Assembly: GCA_029717555.1 (NCBI GenBank) | Contig: JAMDHS010000021.1 | Location: 186,001 to 250,000, forward strand | DNA length: 64,000 bases | Direction of reading: 5' to 3' | From: Peribolospora baueri | Taxonomy: Eukaryota | Part shown: one piece after another, positions 23,401-39,199 of the stretch | How the letters are laid out: each line of letters starts with the position of its first letter | Position numbering within the stretch: position 1 is the stretch's first letter | Notes under the pieces: generated by a model | The model's input: the letters and a program-made list of their open reading frames with translations, nothing else | Databases searched by the model: none | What the model was told of the DNA's origin: nothing | Made by a program: the position numbers and the translations under genes

Positions 23401-26400
23401 CATTTGTCGCCCTCGGGTGTGAGCAATAGATCGTCCATTCGACAAGTGAATGCACGATGCTGAAGGAACTTGGTGAAGAGGCGAGACAAGATGCTGAGAA
23501 GCTTGCCGGCCGTCTCGGGACCGTAGATCTCGTATACCGAATGGACCATGCCGAACGCCGTGGCTCCGAACTGCGACTTGTCCAGAACACCGCACAAAAG
23601 CTCGCCTTCGACGAACAAAACCGTCTCTTCCTGAGAGTGTTCGCCCCAGTAACTATTGGGCACCTTGGCCTTGGACTTGAGATTTAGTCCCTCGGCATTA
23701 TCAGGCTTGATATTCAGCAGGATAGTGGAAATCTGTCGGAATGGTGCCGTCGTGTGAGCAAAAGCGCCGCTATATCCATTTCTTCGATAGCCTAAACGCA
23801 TCGACTCACGATCTGTTTGCCCGTCCAGAGTCGTCGCGGCTTGATCATCGCCGGAGGGAACGTCAACACGTGTCCTCCGCCGGAATAGTTATCCTCAGGA
23901 CGTAGAGCTCCGTAAATGAGTTGATAGTACTCTTCGCGCGTGAAGAAGCTCTGCTTGGCGGTCATCCATACGCCAGCGACAACGTGGTCCTGAATGAGAC
24001 CACGCAGCGGGTTACCAGACGTTGGTACGAGATATTGATTGTCTGTATTGGCGATGTCGTACGACTCTGCGCGCGCGATCTGGCTTTGCGGAAAGTGCAT
24101 GTTCATTTCTGATTTGCAGTGACAAAGAAAGGCCACTATCAGATTCGGAACAGGAAGGGGCCGTCCACGACGGCAAGGGATCATCGCTCACCATCTCCAT
24201 CAAAATCGGCATTGTACGAGTTACAGTTGGCGTAGTGCATCCGAATGGTCTTCTCGGCCTTGAGGACCCTGGCCTTGTGTGCCATCATCGAAGGCTTGTG
24301 AAGCGTCGGTTGCCGGTTCAACAACAGAATGTCCCCGTCGCGGAGGTGGCGCAAGACCTTCTTGTTGACGGCCTGCGTGCGCGTCGTGGTACCGATGCCT
24401 CCAAAGGTGCCTCTGGCGAAGCGCGCGACATGCTCCTGCGGAGTGAGAAGTTGATTTGCCAGCGCTGTGCGCTGCTCCACCGTCAACTTCCCGAGCAAGG
24501 TCGTCGTGCCGTCCTCGTTCTGCACGGCTGAGGCACCGGGATAGACGTCAGGGCCATTGATGACGAGCTGGCGCATCGCATGGACGTTGTGCGCGTTGAC
24601 AGGTTCGGGGTAGGTGAGCTTTTGCGCAAAGTGCGGCGGAACGCCAATCTCGTTGGTCTCGATGTTGACGTCGGGAGAGATGACCGAGCGAGCTGCGAAG
24701 TTGACACGCTTGCCCTGTGAGAAAAAGACAGCGACGTTAGGCGAGCTGCTTTTACTTTCTCCCGTCTGTTAAATTGAGGGCGGCGGGGCTCACCATCATG
24801 TGCTTCCTGAACAAACCTTCCTTCTTCTCGAGGATCTGCTTGACGCCCGGCGGCGGCTCCTTACCAGCCCTCATGGGGTTCGGATTCTTGCTCGAGTCCA
24901 TGAAGCAGTTAACATCGATTTGAAGCTGAACCAGCTGATCCATGAGGTCGCCGTACGCCTCCTGTTTCGTCCTCGGCATTCTGGTACGCACCGGCATCGG
25001 CGAGTGGCCCTCTTTACTCGACAGGGCGCGCATGACACTGACGGCGTCCCGGATGCGGTAAATGGACTGCAGGATCTTGGTGAGCAGCTCGTTCTGCGGG
25101 TTCTCGAACAGCTGATCGCCCATGACCGAAGCGGGACGGAAGCGTGTCGGTGTGACAGGCAAGACCTCGAGGAAGAACATGTCGGCGCTCGCTCCAGAGT
25201 CAGCGCCGCCCTTAGCAGAAGAGCCCGCGGTGACGAAGGGACCATGGCGGCCGTAGAGGAGACCGCACAGGATAGGCTCGTTATGGAAGAGCAAGCGAAG
25301 GTGGGCGCGAACCTCGTCGGTGGGGACAACGCGGCCGGTCTTGGATGTTTTGGTGCCTGCCACCCTCGCATGGGCCTCCTCGGCTTTCTTCGCCAGCTCC
25401 GCCGCCTTCTTCTGCGCTCGAACCTTTTGTGCCTTGACAGAGTCCTCCTCGTCGTCTGAAGAGCCAGAATCCATTGTCGGCTGACCTTCCTCACCACCTT
25501 CGTCTGTCTCGTTTCTGTCTTCATCCATCGCGTTGTCCTCATCAACCCCTTCGGGCGTCTCCACCGCCGACAACCCGCCGTTGGCCGTAAGCAGTGCCGA
25601 TTTGCCAATGTGGTGCTGTAGGAGGAGAGCATTAGGCCTCTTTCGCCCCATCATGTCATGAATCGCCCGTTCCCGGTGCGGTAAGTCCATCTCGGTAATC
25701 TTGATGTATGTGTCCTTTCGGAGAGACGGGGCGAATCTGTGGTAGGGGAGTGCCGAGGGAACCTGGGTAAGCTATCAATGCCCAGCGGCATGACATGGCG
25801 GCGGGAGAGGTAACTCACGCTCCACACGCATCACACTTTTTCCTCTGAATGAGCTTCATGAATTCCTGGACGGTCTTCTTCCTTGCCTCGTAGACCAAAC
25901 TTCCCTTGTCCCTTCCTCTTCTGGCGCCCCTCTTGGTGGCCCAGTAAATTTCTGTGCCCACATATGTCTCAACGCGCTTCCTAAATTCCTCCACCGTTTC
26001 GGTGCCGTTTCCCTCCTTTTTGTCACCCCCTTCGTCGTCAGGGGCGTCCGCCGCGTCCAACGCCGAGTTGCGCAAAAGGGACATGCCCTCGACGAGGTCC
26101 GCTTCTTGAATGAGACCGTAATCGAGAAGTCGAAGGCGGCCGATGTATTTGATGACCTGCACAGCTGTCGTCTTAAACCGGTGGCAATACAGACAGGTGC
26201 CTCGGAGGAGCTGAAACATGTTGACCATGAAGAGCGGGTGGTAGACGGGCGTGGGCAGCTCGATGTGGCCGAAGTGGCCAGGACAGGAGAATGAGGTGAG
26301 GTGGCATGTTGTGCAGCTGAGAAGATGCGAACGCAAGTGCATGGTCGGTCAGCACGTCCGTTTACCTTACAAGGGCGCATAAGCATGTGTCCGGGGGCGG

Positions 26401-26734
26401 GGTTCGTGTTTGCTGCCCGGCTCGACACTCACATGCTGCCCTGATCCATAGGGCCAAGCGCCGGATCGTAGAGACCACCAGTGGTGGGGAGATTCGTGTT
26501 GTCCAGCAGCGTGGGATTCACGATCTGTTTCACGGAAATGCGGCGGATGTCCTCGGAGGATAGGAAGGAGAAGGAGGCGCTAACCACCTTGCTCGGGACG
26601 GGTTGGGCGATATCCTGAAAAAATCGCAAATAATAAGGAATATGGTATCGGCATGACGTCTCTCTCGTAGTTTTATGGGCGGTCGTAGGCACGAGGTCGA
26701 CATGATCAAGAACGGCCGAGTAATCACTCACCAT
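20490..26734 (-). CDS. RPA190: RNA polymerase I largest subunit
   Basis: First coding exon is ATG alone (26734-26732) joined to DIAQPVPS. Motifs [122 protein letters not shown]. Stop at 20490-20492. Confidence 0.97.
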
Positions 26735-27210
26735 TGTGGAAGGTCTCCAAGTGCTACGCGAGCGAGCAGGCCAGAGGCAAAATTTTGCTGTACGACGAGC
26801 GGGCCTCTAAGTCAGACCCCACCGCCGCTACAGCACCGGGAGCTTCCTGCCCAAGACCGGGGGGATGAAAGAGAATGTAAAGGATCTGTGTGCGTATCCG
26901 ACCCAAGGCACAGGCAGAGCGAAGGCGAAGGTCGTGCCGAACGCTCGCAGCCGCAGCACCAACTTTTTTGTCTTCAAATCGCACGTGACTTGCACGTGCT
27001 CCTTGCTGCGGGTCACCGGCGTTTCGAAAACCGAGCCGGCTCATCGGCCCCCCCGCATTCACGATCCTCCCGTCGGACGACTCGCTATCACCACCACCCC
27101 GTCCGTCTAGCCTCCATTTATCGTCCACCTCTCTTTGGCCTTCGCACCACCTCTTCTTCCTTCCTCTACATAGACCGACCGGCTTTCATATATACGAGAA
27201 CGTGCTGACC

Positions 27211-28000
27211 ATGGGAGACAAGAAGGTCACTGCCGCCGAGCTCAAGGAGCACAAGAGCGAGAAGTCCGCGTGGGTCGTTATCGACGGAGCGGTGTTTGAC
27301 GTGAGTGCCGAGCAGTGCGAAGGCGGCCGTTCATAACGTATAAGGGGAAATCAGAAACACACAAACGTTTGTCACTCACTTCCGGTGCTTTGTCTTCTGC
27401 TCGTCTCCTTTGGTCCATTTTGCACCTTGAACAGGTCACTGATTTCCTAGACGACGTGAGCACATCATCTCTCCCCTTCGCTCCATTGTTAGCCTCTTCA
27501 GGGTCTTCCCAGCTGGGCCCTGTCTGCACAGAGATGAGAGATTTAGTTCAAATTGATGCTCATTGCATTTCCTATTTGTCACAACCTCGTCCGGTCTGGT
27601 TTGCGTGTCAGCATCCCGGCGGGAAGAAGATCCTCCTTAGGAATTGCGGCAAGGACGCCAGCGAGGCTTTCTGGTGAGCGCCTCTATCAGCCGACCTCTA
27701 ACACGGCCGAACGTCAACAGAAATTTGTAGTGTTCTGTCCCACTGATGGTGTTCATTCTTCGTCCTCGTACCTCCTTGGCGTGGCCAGGACCTACCACAG
27801 CGAGAAGGTCATGAAGGCTCAGGCGCTGCCTATGAAGATCGGCGAGCGTGCGTTTTCCTTTCTCCCTTCCCCTCCCGCCTGTCCACAGACGCGAGCGTCG
27901 AGCAAGTTTTCCAGACCTTTTAACTCGATGGGCGTGATGCTTATCTCTTTCTTTCCTCCATCATCCTCCCGGCGCAGTCGACGCCAGCTCGAAACTCTAG
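27211..28000 (+). CDS. Soluble cytochrome b5-like heme-binding protein (84 aa) with C-terminal PTS1 (SKL)
   Basis: Exons 27211-27300, 27435-27455, 27612-27673, 27789-27847 and 27978-28000 give MGDKKVTAAELKEHKSEKSAWVVIDGAVFDVTDFLDDHPGGKKILLRNCGKDASEAFWTYHSEKVMKAQALPMKIGELDASSKL*. HPGG plus the second His ligand are present. Confidence 0.88.
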
Positions 28001-28446
28001 ATGATCTGCCGGTCTTTCCTCTTTGCGAACGTATGCTCTGCCCGCTGCTCTCACAGTTGCCCGTACATTCGTCCTTCGATCATCTCATAGGAATGGAATC
28101 CGGATCGACTTATAGCTCTATAAAATAGACTCGTCTCTGGGAAAAGAAGGTCGAACCATGGGTCTATCCTAATCAGAATTGCAGTAATTCCAGTTTATCG
28201 ACTCGTTGGCCGACTGCCAAGCATACATTGCGCACACAGCGAGCAGAACGGAAAACGTCGACGCCTCTTGAGAAAGGCGGTTTATCGAGCGACGGGCGGC
28301 CAGTAAGAAGATGGATCGCTCGAAACGACAGCTCCATTCGACTCGACTCGACTCGACTTAGTCTCCATATCTCTATCGACGTAAAAACCTAACTAAAGCA
28401 TTCGAATTCCAATCGAGTCGATCCGAGTTTGGACATGTCATCTAGT

Positions 28447-29862
28447 TCAGCCAGGAGGGAGCAAGCTGGCGTCGATGGCGGCCATCTCGTCCTGTACCAC
28501 GTCGTCCTCCGTACCAGTCCAGGAGGAGGAGATGGGGGTACGGGGCATGACCATTGTGCCTGATAAGACAAAACGAGAAATAGACGGTTCGGTTCGGTTC
28601 AGCACGGCAAAGGTCAACTCGTGAAGGAAGGCTGGGAGGCAGGTAAATAGCGCCCACTCACCGCTCCTAGCGCACTCCATAATACCAAACGGCCTGAGAA
28701 GCTTCAGCAGCGCGTCGATCCTCCCAGTCTTGGCCGAGCACTCGACGGTGACGCACGTGTTGCTCACGTCGACGATACGTCCGCGGAACTGGGCGGCGAG
28801 GTTGGCGATGCTGCGCATGTTGTCGTGCTGCACGCGCAAAGCGTCCGTCGGGGTCAGGGGCTGGCGCTGCGTGTGGTTTTGGGCAGAAGAAGACGCGGAG
28901 CCACGTTCCTTGGCGAGCTCTGGAGGAACGTGGCCATCAGCGCCATGAGGCGGTTGCGCGGCGGCGTCATCGCCTCGGAGACCGGCGGCAGGAGGCGTGG
29001 CCGAAGGATGAGGCTCGCCACCACCGAGGCTCATCTGGCTGTCCTCGAAGTACTCGGGCCCGAGGATGGATACCTTGACCAGAAGGAGCTCGCGCTCGAT
29101 GGCCTTCGTCTTCGTGTAATCTAGCACGGCCCACACTGGCACCTGCGGTGCGTATGCACATAGAAAAAGTATACAAACGAGGGTAAAACAAAGGCACGAT
29201 GAGCGTAGGGAAAATAGAAGAGCTGAGGGGCCTGGTCAGCACATCACTCGTGCCGTCCTCGTGGTTATGGCCCACTCACCAAATCCTCCAGCTGCCTCCT
29301 AGCCTGCTCCACCACGCCGTCCTGACCTCTGAGAACGATGCACATGCGAGACAGATCCTTGATCTCCGTTCCGCAAACAACCAAGCTATCAATGTTGAAG
29401 CCGCGAGCAGCGAGCGTGCCCGAGACGCGAGAGAGGACGCCTGGCTCGTTTTGGACGAGGACGTTGAGGATGTGTCTGGGGAGCGAAGCGCGAAGGGAAC
29501 CAAAGAACGACAAAAGCGTGAGCTGTACAAGCACTGCATGACTTCGACGCGCGATCGCTTGCTCACCGCTTAAATGGCTGCGTGCTGGGCGGGGGGGTGT
29601 TATAAAGGATGTTGCTGACCGCTTCACCAGCATCGATCGGTCGCGGTTCCAGGCTAGGGAGGGGGGGCAAGTTCTTGAGCCTGTGCTTAAGCTTGTAATC
29701 AAGAGCAGAGGTGGAGCTGCCGATAGGAGGAGGGGGCCGAGACGAGTTGAGGGCGGCGGAGGAGACGCTGAACGACCGGGTGGCTCGGGGCGAGAAGAAG
29801 GGGGAGGAGGTGAGCCGCAGGAGGGCGCGGGTCGCAGCTGCTGGTGCAGTGGGGGCAGCCAT
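28447..29862 (-). CDS. ILV6: Acetolactate synthase regulatory (small) subunit, mitochondrial
   Basis: Presequence, SSTSALDYK, EAVSNILYNTP, HILNVLVQNEPGVLSRVSGTLAARGFNIDSLVVC, VPVWAVLDYT..ERELLLVKVSILGPEY, C-terminal DASLLPPG*. Confidence 0.95.
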
Positions 29863-30295
29863 GACGGGCAAGAGGAGAGTTTCTGTCGTGCCTGTCTGAA
29901 CAACGATCCAGATGGCGGTCGAGTCGAGCCGAAGAAGGATCGGAGGAGGAAAGGGTGATGGTAGTCGTGATGGTCGCTCGACCGCAATCTGACGTCTTCC
30001 AATGAATGACTCGCCCGCCGCAAAGCAAACGAATATCTGCACGTGACAGATAGCTGCGGCCGGCCGGAGCGATAGGCTTGACATGCACGTGACGAGCGGC
30101 TGCGGTGCGGGCCCACCGCCACTGCATGCTGGGGCGACTGACTGGCAGGCCCGGCGGGAGGAAGACGAGAGTCGAGTGAGTGATTGTGTGCGACGATCAG
30201 TTCTGTTCGTCGTCCGTTTTCTCTCTCCCTTCTCTTCCCATACCCTCCGGCCTGCTCCAAGGTTGGATGAAGAAGAGAGGAAGAGCGTCGCGGAC

Positions 30296-32478
30296 ATGAG
30301 CGTGCTCGAGTTTTTGGCGCCATGTGAGTGCTCCTGTCGACCGGCGGTCTCTCTCGCTCCGCCTGGAGATCACTGGTGCTGGACGTCATCCAGCCATCGG
30401 GGAAGGAGTAGGAACGGAGAAGGAACGGAGGCTCACCGTCGCTTTTGTATTGCAACTTTACAGGGCCAGTATACGGTCTCGCATGGTCTCACCCGCGACC
30501 ACGAGCGCCGTCGCATCGGGACTCGTTGCGCTCGCACTACCATGCATCAGCCCAGTCCCAGCACCACTACCATCCCACTCCCCCACCTTCCTCCCCAGCC
30601 CAGCCCTATGCACTTTCCTCCTCTCCGCCTTCACGATGGGACGCCTCTGTGGGCCTCCACGACTCGAAGCTCGCGATAGGATCGTTCATGGAAGAGTTCT
30701 CTAATCGTATCCAAGTCGTCGGCCTCTCTTCCGGCCGAGGCGCCGCGTTCAACGAACCAGACCCTCAATTCATCCTTCTAGCCGACGCGCCCCATCCATA
30801 CCCTCCTACCAAGATCGGCTTCCAACCCGCCTCTCTCTACCCTCCTTCCCCTTCCACCTCCGCGGCAGCGCCCGACGCTCGCAATTCGCCCAGCTTGCAT
30901 CAGTCCCTGACGGGCAAGAGTACGAAACGCACCTCTTGGTCCGGCGAACTTGCGGGGCTCCTAGGTCGCGGCGGTGGGAGTCCGGCTAGCACGGCGAGCA
31001 GAGGCGGAGGAGCGAGCGGTGCGGCCGGCTTTGCGGAAACGGAGCTGATCGCTACGACAGCCGATTGTCTGAGGATTTGGGAGCTCCGGTCTAGAGGCGA
31101 TGAGGATGGCGGAGGAGGGCAAGGGGGTTTCGTTGGACGGGATAAGGACGGGAGAGGCTTGCCCTATTCTTTGCGAGAGAAGAGCGTCCTAGCGCATGTG
31201 AGAGTTCACCCCAGTTCCCACCTTTCCTTTTCGTGCATTCCGACTCATCCATAGCGCAGAGCGCACGCGCTGGATGGCGTAGCTGACAGCTACTACGATC
31301 ACATTCATCCTGTAGTCAAAAACGGCACCGACTCCAGCGCCCCTTACCTCCTTCTCCTGGAACGCCGCGCAACCCTCGCTGATTGTGACCGCTTCGATTG
31401 ACACGACCTGCACGATATGGGACCTTCCTTCGCGGGCTGCTTTGACGCAGCTCATCGCGCACGACCGAGAAGTGTACGACGTGGCGTGGGCGCCCGGCAG
31501 CAAGGACGTGTTTGCCTCTGTGGGTGCCGACGGCTCTGTGAGACTTTTCGATCTGAGGAGTCTCGAGCACAGCACTATCCTCTACGAAACCTCCGGTCTC
31601 GACCCCACTTCCTCCTCTGGTCGAAGCGGCGCTGGGGCTAGTGGAGGAGGACTGGCGAGTTCGGGCGGCGCATCCGCATCCGCACACCGCTCCGTACCCC
31701 TCCTCCGACTGGTTTTCAATCCCAACGACCCGAACTACCTCGCCACCTTCCACCTAGACTCCAACTCTGTGCAGGTCCTCGACATCCGCTCGCCCGGTAC
31801 TCCCGTTTGGGAGTTGAGGGGGCACGAGGCGGGTGTGAACGCGATTGCGTGGGGGCCAGGGGGAGCTATAAGTGCATCGGGGAAGGATAGAGGCTGGGTC
31901 TGCACTGCCGGTGAGTGCTCGGCATGGTCGTCAGAGTATGAAACGGCAAAGGCGCCGACGATGGCCTCGTCTTCTAACTTATGCCTTTCTCTCCTCCATC
32001 GGACGTTCACATAGGTGACGACGCACAATGTCTCATCTGGGATCTCTCATCCTCCGCTACCACCCCTGCTGGGGGGACATCCTCTTCTTCCATCTCGCGA
32101 CAATCCTCCCTTCGCGACTCGCGAACATCGGGGAGTGGTAGTGGAACAACCACAAATAGCGCCGGTGGTGGCGGCGGCGGTGGAGGAGGAAGCGGATCAG
32201 GCTCGGGCTCGGGCTCGGGCTCGGGTTCGGGTGGGCAACTTCCGAAGACGCTCGCGAGCCCGACTTTAGCGTGCACCGCTCCAGAGGAAGTCAATAACAT
32301 CGCTTGGCTGTCTATGTCTGCTTCTTCAAGGGGCGCGGGCGGCGGGGCCAGAGGCGCGGGGGTGGTGAACGAGTGGAGTAATAGCACCGCTGGTGGGGGT
32401 GGTTCGGGAGACAACCCGTGGGGAGGGGACTGGGTCGCCATGGCCTCGGGTAGGACCATCAGGGCGCTGAAAGTATGA
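30296..32478 (+). CDS. DCAF7/WDR68/TTG1-AN11 family WD40 protein (yeast YPL247C-like)
   Basis: [129 protein letters not shown]. Confidence 0.92.
32196..32232 (+). repeat. (GGCTCG)n hexamer coding repeat giving a Gly-Ser linker in the WD40 gene
   Basis: Tandem GGCTCG units read directly. Confidence 0.7.
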
Positions 32479-32999
32479 ACGAGGAGGGCGAAGGCAGTGC
32501 CACCGGGTTGCGGGGTCGGAAGGGTCGTCCGTCACTTAGATCTTTTGCTGCGCGCCGCCGGTTGGTTGGTTGGTTGGTACCAATGTGGCGCTCGATTAGT
32601 TAATCATACTAGTCGCTTTTGCTCAGGGTTCTGCGTCCATCGGAGCAGCAGGCGCTCTTATTCCCCTTTCGCTTTCTTCCCGTTCGCCGTCGCGTGCGCA
32701 CGCGCGCGTGTGCACACCGCCAACTCGCCCGCTCTCATCGCATAGCTTACTCCTGACAGTCAACCAAGAGCGTGCGAGCCGTCCCAGAGGAAGGACGTTT
32801 TCTGACCGTCGACTTTCCATCTGACCCGAGAAAAGCGACATCATTTCCATCGGGCGCCCTACACACTCGAGACGAGAGATCACCACATGCCCCACGACCG
32901 CGAGGCTAAGCAGGCGGCCAGCAAGCTAGCCGGAGGCGAGCGGAGGGAGGGAGGTGGCGCCTCCATGCGTCTGTGCGCGAGCGTGCTGGTGAATCACGT

Positions 33000-35457
<2,458 letters not shown>

Positions 35458-35729
35458 TTTCAAATGTCCCAGCGTAGGGTACGGGCCTGGGAGAAGGGTT
35501 GCTGGAGTTGGAAGCGGTGGTGTGAACGGGAAGCGATGTCGTGCGATATTCTCTAGAAGCGAGCGCTCGAAACATGAAGAGGGCACGTGACAATACAAAT
35601 TGGCCTTTAAAAGGGTGTCGTCTATTATCCAGCGGCCGCAGCCCGGCCTCGTACGACTCGAAAGATAAGAGGTCTGTCTTCGGCGAGATGCTGTTGGAAG
35701 ATGAACGTCACCACCACTCGCCTGTAAAG

Positions 35730-37211
35730 ATGCCAGTCAACGTTGCCATCATCGGTGAGTAAGCGAACGGTTCCTCATACGATGGGACGGCTTCACAAGT
35801 CTCGAAAGATTTTGCCAAGCCGAGCAGGAGATTCCGCTGACATCGCTTTGTCCCCCCCGGTCTTCGCAAGGTGTCGGCCTCGTCGGCGGCGAGGTCATCT
35901 CGCAGCTCTCGCTTCCGGCTTTGGCCCCGCTGTTCACCATCGTGGCCCTTTCCAACTCGAAGCATACCCTGCTTACCTCGCAAGGTATCTCCTCCTCCAC
36001 CTGGAAGTCCGCCTTGTCGTCGGCCCCCGCCGCGCTCGCGCTCCCCGAGCTCACCTCCGAGCTCAGCAAGATCGCACAGAGCACGGGCCGGCACACGGTC
36101 GTCATCGATAACACCTCGAACGATGCCGTGGCATCTCACTACCCGGCATTTTTGAAGGCAGGCCTGAGCGTGGTGACGCCAAACAAGAAGGCCACCTCGT
36201 CCTCGCTCGACCTCTACCGCTCCATCCTGGCCTCCTCCGCACCCTCCGTACCGTCTGGGCCGCTCTACTACGGCGAGAGCACGGTAGGAGCAGGTCTTCC
36301 AATCTTGAGCACGCTCAAAGATCTCGTGGCGACGGGAGATGAAGTGCACAAGATTGAGGGCGTGTTCAGCGGGACGCTCAGCTACATCTTTAACGAGTTC
36401 AGCCCGGTCAAAGAGGAGAATGGAGCCAAGACTTTCTCAGAGATCGTGAAGGGTGCTAGGGAGGCTGGCTATACGGTGCGTTTTTACAATGAATTCCTTT
36501 TCTCTCGGTTTTTTTGTACGTGCCTTGACTCACATTCCCGCCGACGCCATCTTATTGTCCTTTTTTTCATTTCGCCTCTCGCAACGCTTAGGAGCCCCAT
36601 CCGGCGGACGACCTCTCGGGCGTGGACGTCGCGCGCAAGCTGGCCATTCTCTCCCGTCTCGTTCCCGCGCTCGCCTCGTCCCTTCCCAACGGGTGCGCCT
36701 CGGTGGACACGCGTTCGCTCATCCCCTCCGGGCTCGAGGACGCTAAGACGGGAGATGACTTTGTCACCCGTCTGCCTCAGTACGACGCCCAATTCGAGGA
36801 GCTGAAGGAGCAGGCGAAGAAGGAGGGGAGCGTGCTGAGGTATGTGGGGGTGATCGACGTGCAGAAAGGAGCGGTTAGAGCGAACTTGGAGAAGTGAGTC
36901 GGCCCGATCTTTTTCGTCGTCCTCCTGTCTGACCTGCCGTGTGCGCTACGCTGCCTTGCCACTGACAAACCCCTCCGCGTTGCCGTCCCCACCTTTCATC
37001 CCGACTCGCCCGCACGGGTTCGGTTCAATTCAGGTACCCGGCGACGCACCCCTTCGCGACGTCGCTTTCGGGCTCGGACAACATCATCGCCTTCCACACG
37101 GCGCGCTACAGCGCCCGGCCGCTCATCATCCAGGGCGCCGGAGCGGGCGCGGCGGTTACGGCCATGGGCGTCGTGGGCGACGCGCTCAAGGTGGCCGAGA
37201 GGAGAGGATGA
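35730..37211 (+). CDS. HOM6: Homoserine dehydrogenase
   Basis: MPVNVAIIG|VGLVGGEVISQL (Rossmann fold), VIDNTSN, VVTPNKKA, YGESTVGAGLPILSTL, IEGVFSGTLSYIFN, GYT|EPHPADDLSGVDVARKL, IIQGAGAGAAVTAMGVVGD. An alternative in-frame upstream ATG lies at 35688. Confidence 0.95.
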
Positions 37212-37469
37212 CGGACCGAGACCGGTGGAAGCTCTCGGCCGCTCGATTCCGTTCTGATAGAGGGGAAACAGTCTCTGTAGACAACGAATTTTTGGACTAG
37301 AAATACAACGCCAATGCATGCATACGTGCATGGCGGCGCGGCGGCGGGCGGGGGCGGAGATGGTGAGCCGCCAAAGCCGGATGGAAGGGACGAGGACGAG
37401 TGGAGAAGGTGCGGAGGTGCGCAGAATATACAGGAAGAAGAAGGGGCCGATCCAACGTGATCGTCGTCG

Positions 37470-39199
37470 TCACCGTCCCGCAGGCACGCCAAGACGGAGA
37501 GGCTCGGCGATCAAGCCTTGAACTTCTTGGACGAGCGCGCAGACGTCGTTGGCGGGTCCGGCGTGGGCGAGGATGGCGTCGAGTGGGGTCGTCGTGGTCG
37601 CCGTGGAGGGGATGCGGAGCTTTTCGGGAAAGAAAGGGGAAGGGGTGCGGTTCGATTCGATTCACTTCGGCTCACTTCGGCTCGGTTCGGTTCGGTTCGG
37701 GCGCACGGGCGTTTTGAAGACTCGACTCGATTCGACTCACCTCGGCGTCCTTAAGCGCCTGAGAGGCGCTGTCGAAGCGGATCTTCAGAGTGGCCGTCGC
37801 GTCGTCATCATCGTCGTCGTTGTCGTCCTGGTCGGCGGCGGGCAGACGCCAGACGATAGTGAGCTCCTCCCTTCCCTTGGCGGAGACGCGGGCGAGGCCG
37901 AGGGAGAGCTTTAGACATTCCAGCTCGACGGTCCAGCGGTCTCTCTCCCTCTCCTCCCTCTCGCCTTTCCTCGACCTCCTCACCACCTCGGCTGCGAGCG
38001 CCTCGGCCGAGCTCCTCTGCGCGTTGAGCTTGTCGAGCCGTCTGCTCTGTTGTGCGAGCTCGCGTCTGAGGAGGGAGAGATCGGACTGGCGCGACACGAG
38101 TGAGGAATCGAGGGACTGTAGCTCGACGATCTGCTCGTCCAGCTTCGCCGTCGCCTCGTCCACCGTGAGGCGCTGCTGGGCCGGATGGAGGGCGCGCATG
38201 CGGCCGAGCTCGAGCTCCACGTCTTGGATGGACTGCAGGAGAAAGGCGGCTTCGGTGGTTTGGGAGGCGAGCGCCTCGTAGCCTACCGGGGGCCATTGGG
38301 AAGAGGCGAACGAAGAGGGGAACGGCTTCAGTTTAAGAAAGCGGAAGGGGAACAAGAAGAAGGGGCCGGCTGGGGAAGTGGCGCCGACTCACGAGGTCCG
38401 AGCTCGTCGGCCAATGCGCAGATCTGCCCCTTAAGGTCAGCGACAGTGGCCTTCTCCTGTTTGAGCTCGGCCTTCATGTCTTCTGCTTTTGCGTCTAGCG
38501 GCGAGGTGAACGGGAGACGGGAGAATGGAGAGCGGAAATGAGAGTCAGAAGACGAAAGGAAAGCTCCTATTCCCCAAACCGAAGCGAACCCATCCCGTTC
38601 CGTCCTGTCCTCCTCGTCCAATGCTGACATCACCCACCAAGCTCTGCCTGATCTTTGACGTGACGGATGCTGTCCTCATCGCTGATGTGTCGGAAGAAGC
38701 GCTCCTTCGTCTCTTGCTCTATGAACGTGAACTTTAGCTTTCGGAAGTGGTCCTGTAAGATGGCGACCGAGCGTGGCAAAAAAAAGGAGTGAGTTCTCCG
38801 TCGGCCACCAGGCAGCGTAGTGAGGCCAGCTCACCTTGAGCCATTCCGCTTCGGTTTCCTCGGCACCTGGGTTGGAGGCATCCCACACGATGGAGACGTC
38901 CCCGCCGGCTGAAACGTGGGTGTGGTCGTTGGTGTTGGAAAGGGCGTCCCTAGCCAGGAAGGCTTGCTTGAAGTCAAGGAGAGAGACGGGCGTGGTGGAG
39001 AGGGTCTTGATGGTCCTTCCATCGTGCAGAGCACACATGAGGCCCAAAGCGAAGGGAAGACGAAGGAAGCGGGGGAGCGGCGAAGTGAGTGGACTGGATC
39101 GCGCTGCGCATTCCGAGTGTTTGCTCACTTGTCGGCTTCGGACCTTATTTGGTCAAACCCTTGTTCCGTCGACGGCGACGTCAACGCAGTCGCCTCCAT
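37470..39199 (-). CDS. Kinetochore protein, Sos7/Kre28 (Zwint) family
   Basis: One exon encodes DHFRKLKFTFIEQETKERFFRHI, resembling the Sos7 LKF-Y/F-EQ-TKE-F motif. Long coiled coil and an RWD-like C-terminus (LKIRFD..LKDAE). Introns are in phase. Confidence 0.72.
37648..37740. repeat. Pentanucleotide microsatellite (TTCGG/TTCGA/CTCGA)n in the last intron of the Sos7-like gene
   Basis: Read directly. Related (CTCGA)n and (TTCGG)n runs occur at ~28337-28358 and ~28586-28600. Confidence 0.7.

Noticed and set aside
30007..30012. Gcn4/CpcA-like TGACTC upstream of ILV6
   Set aside because: Imperfect (TGACTCG), single hexamer, not distinguishable from chance.
37209..37280. Stop-codon read-through of HOM6 (TGA CGG) to a cryptic PTS1
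   Set aside because: The extension ends ..GKQSL*, which is not a canonical PTS1, and the context is not the TGA CTA motif.
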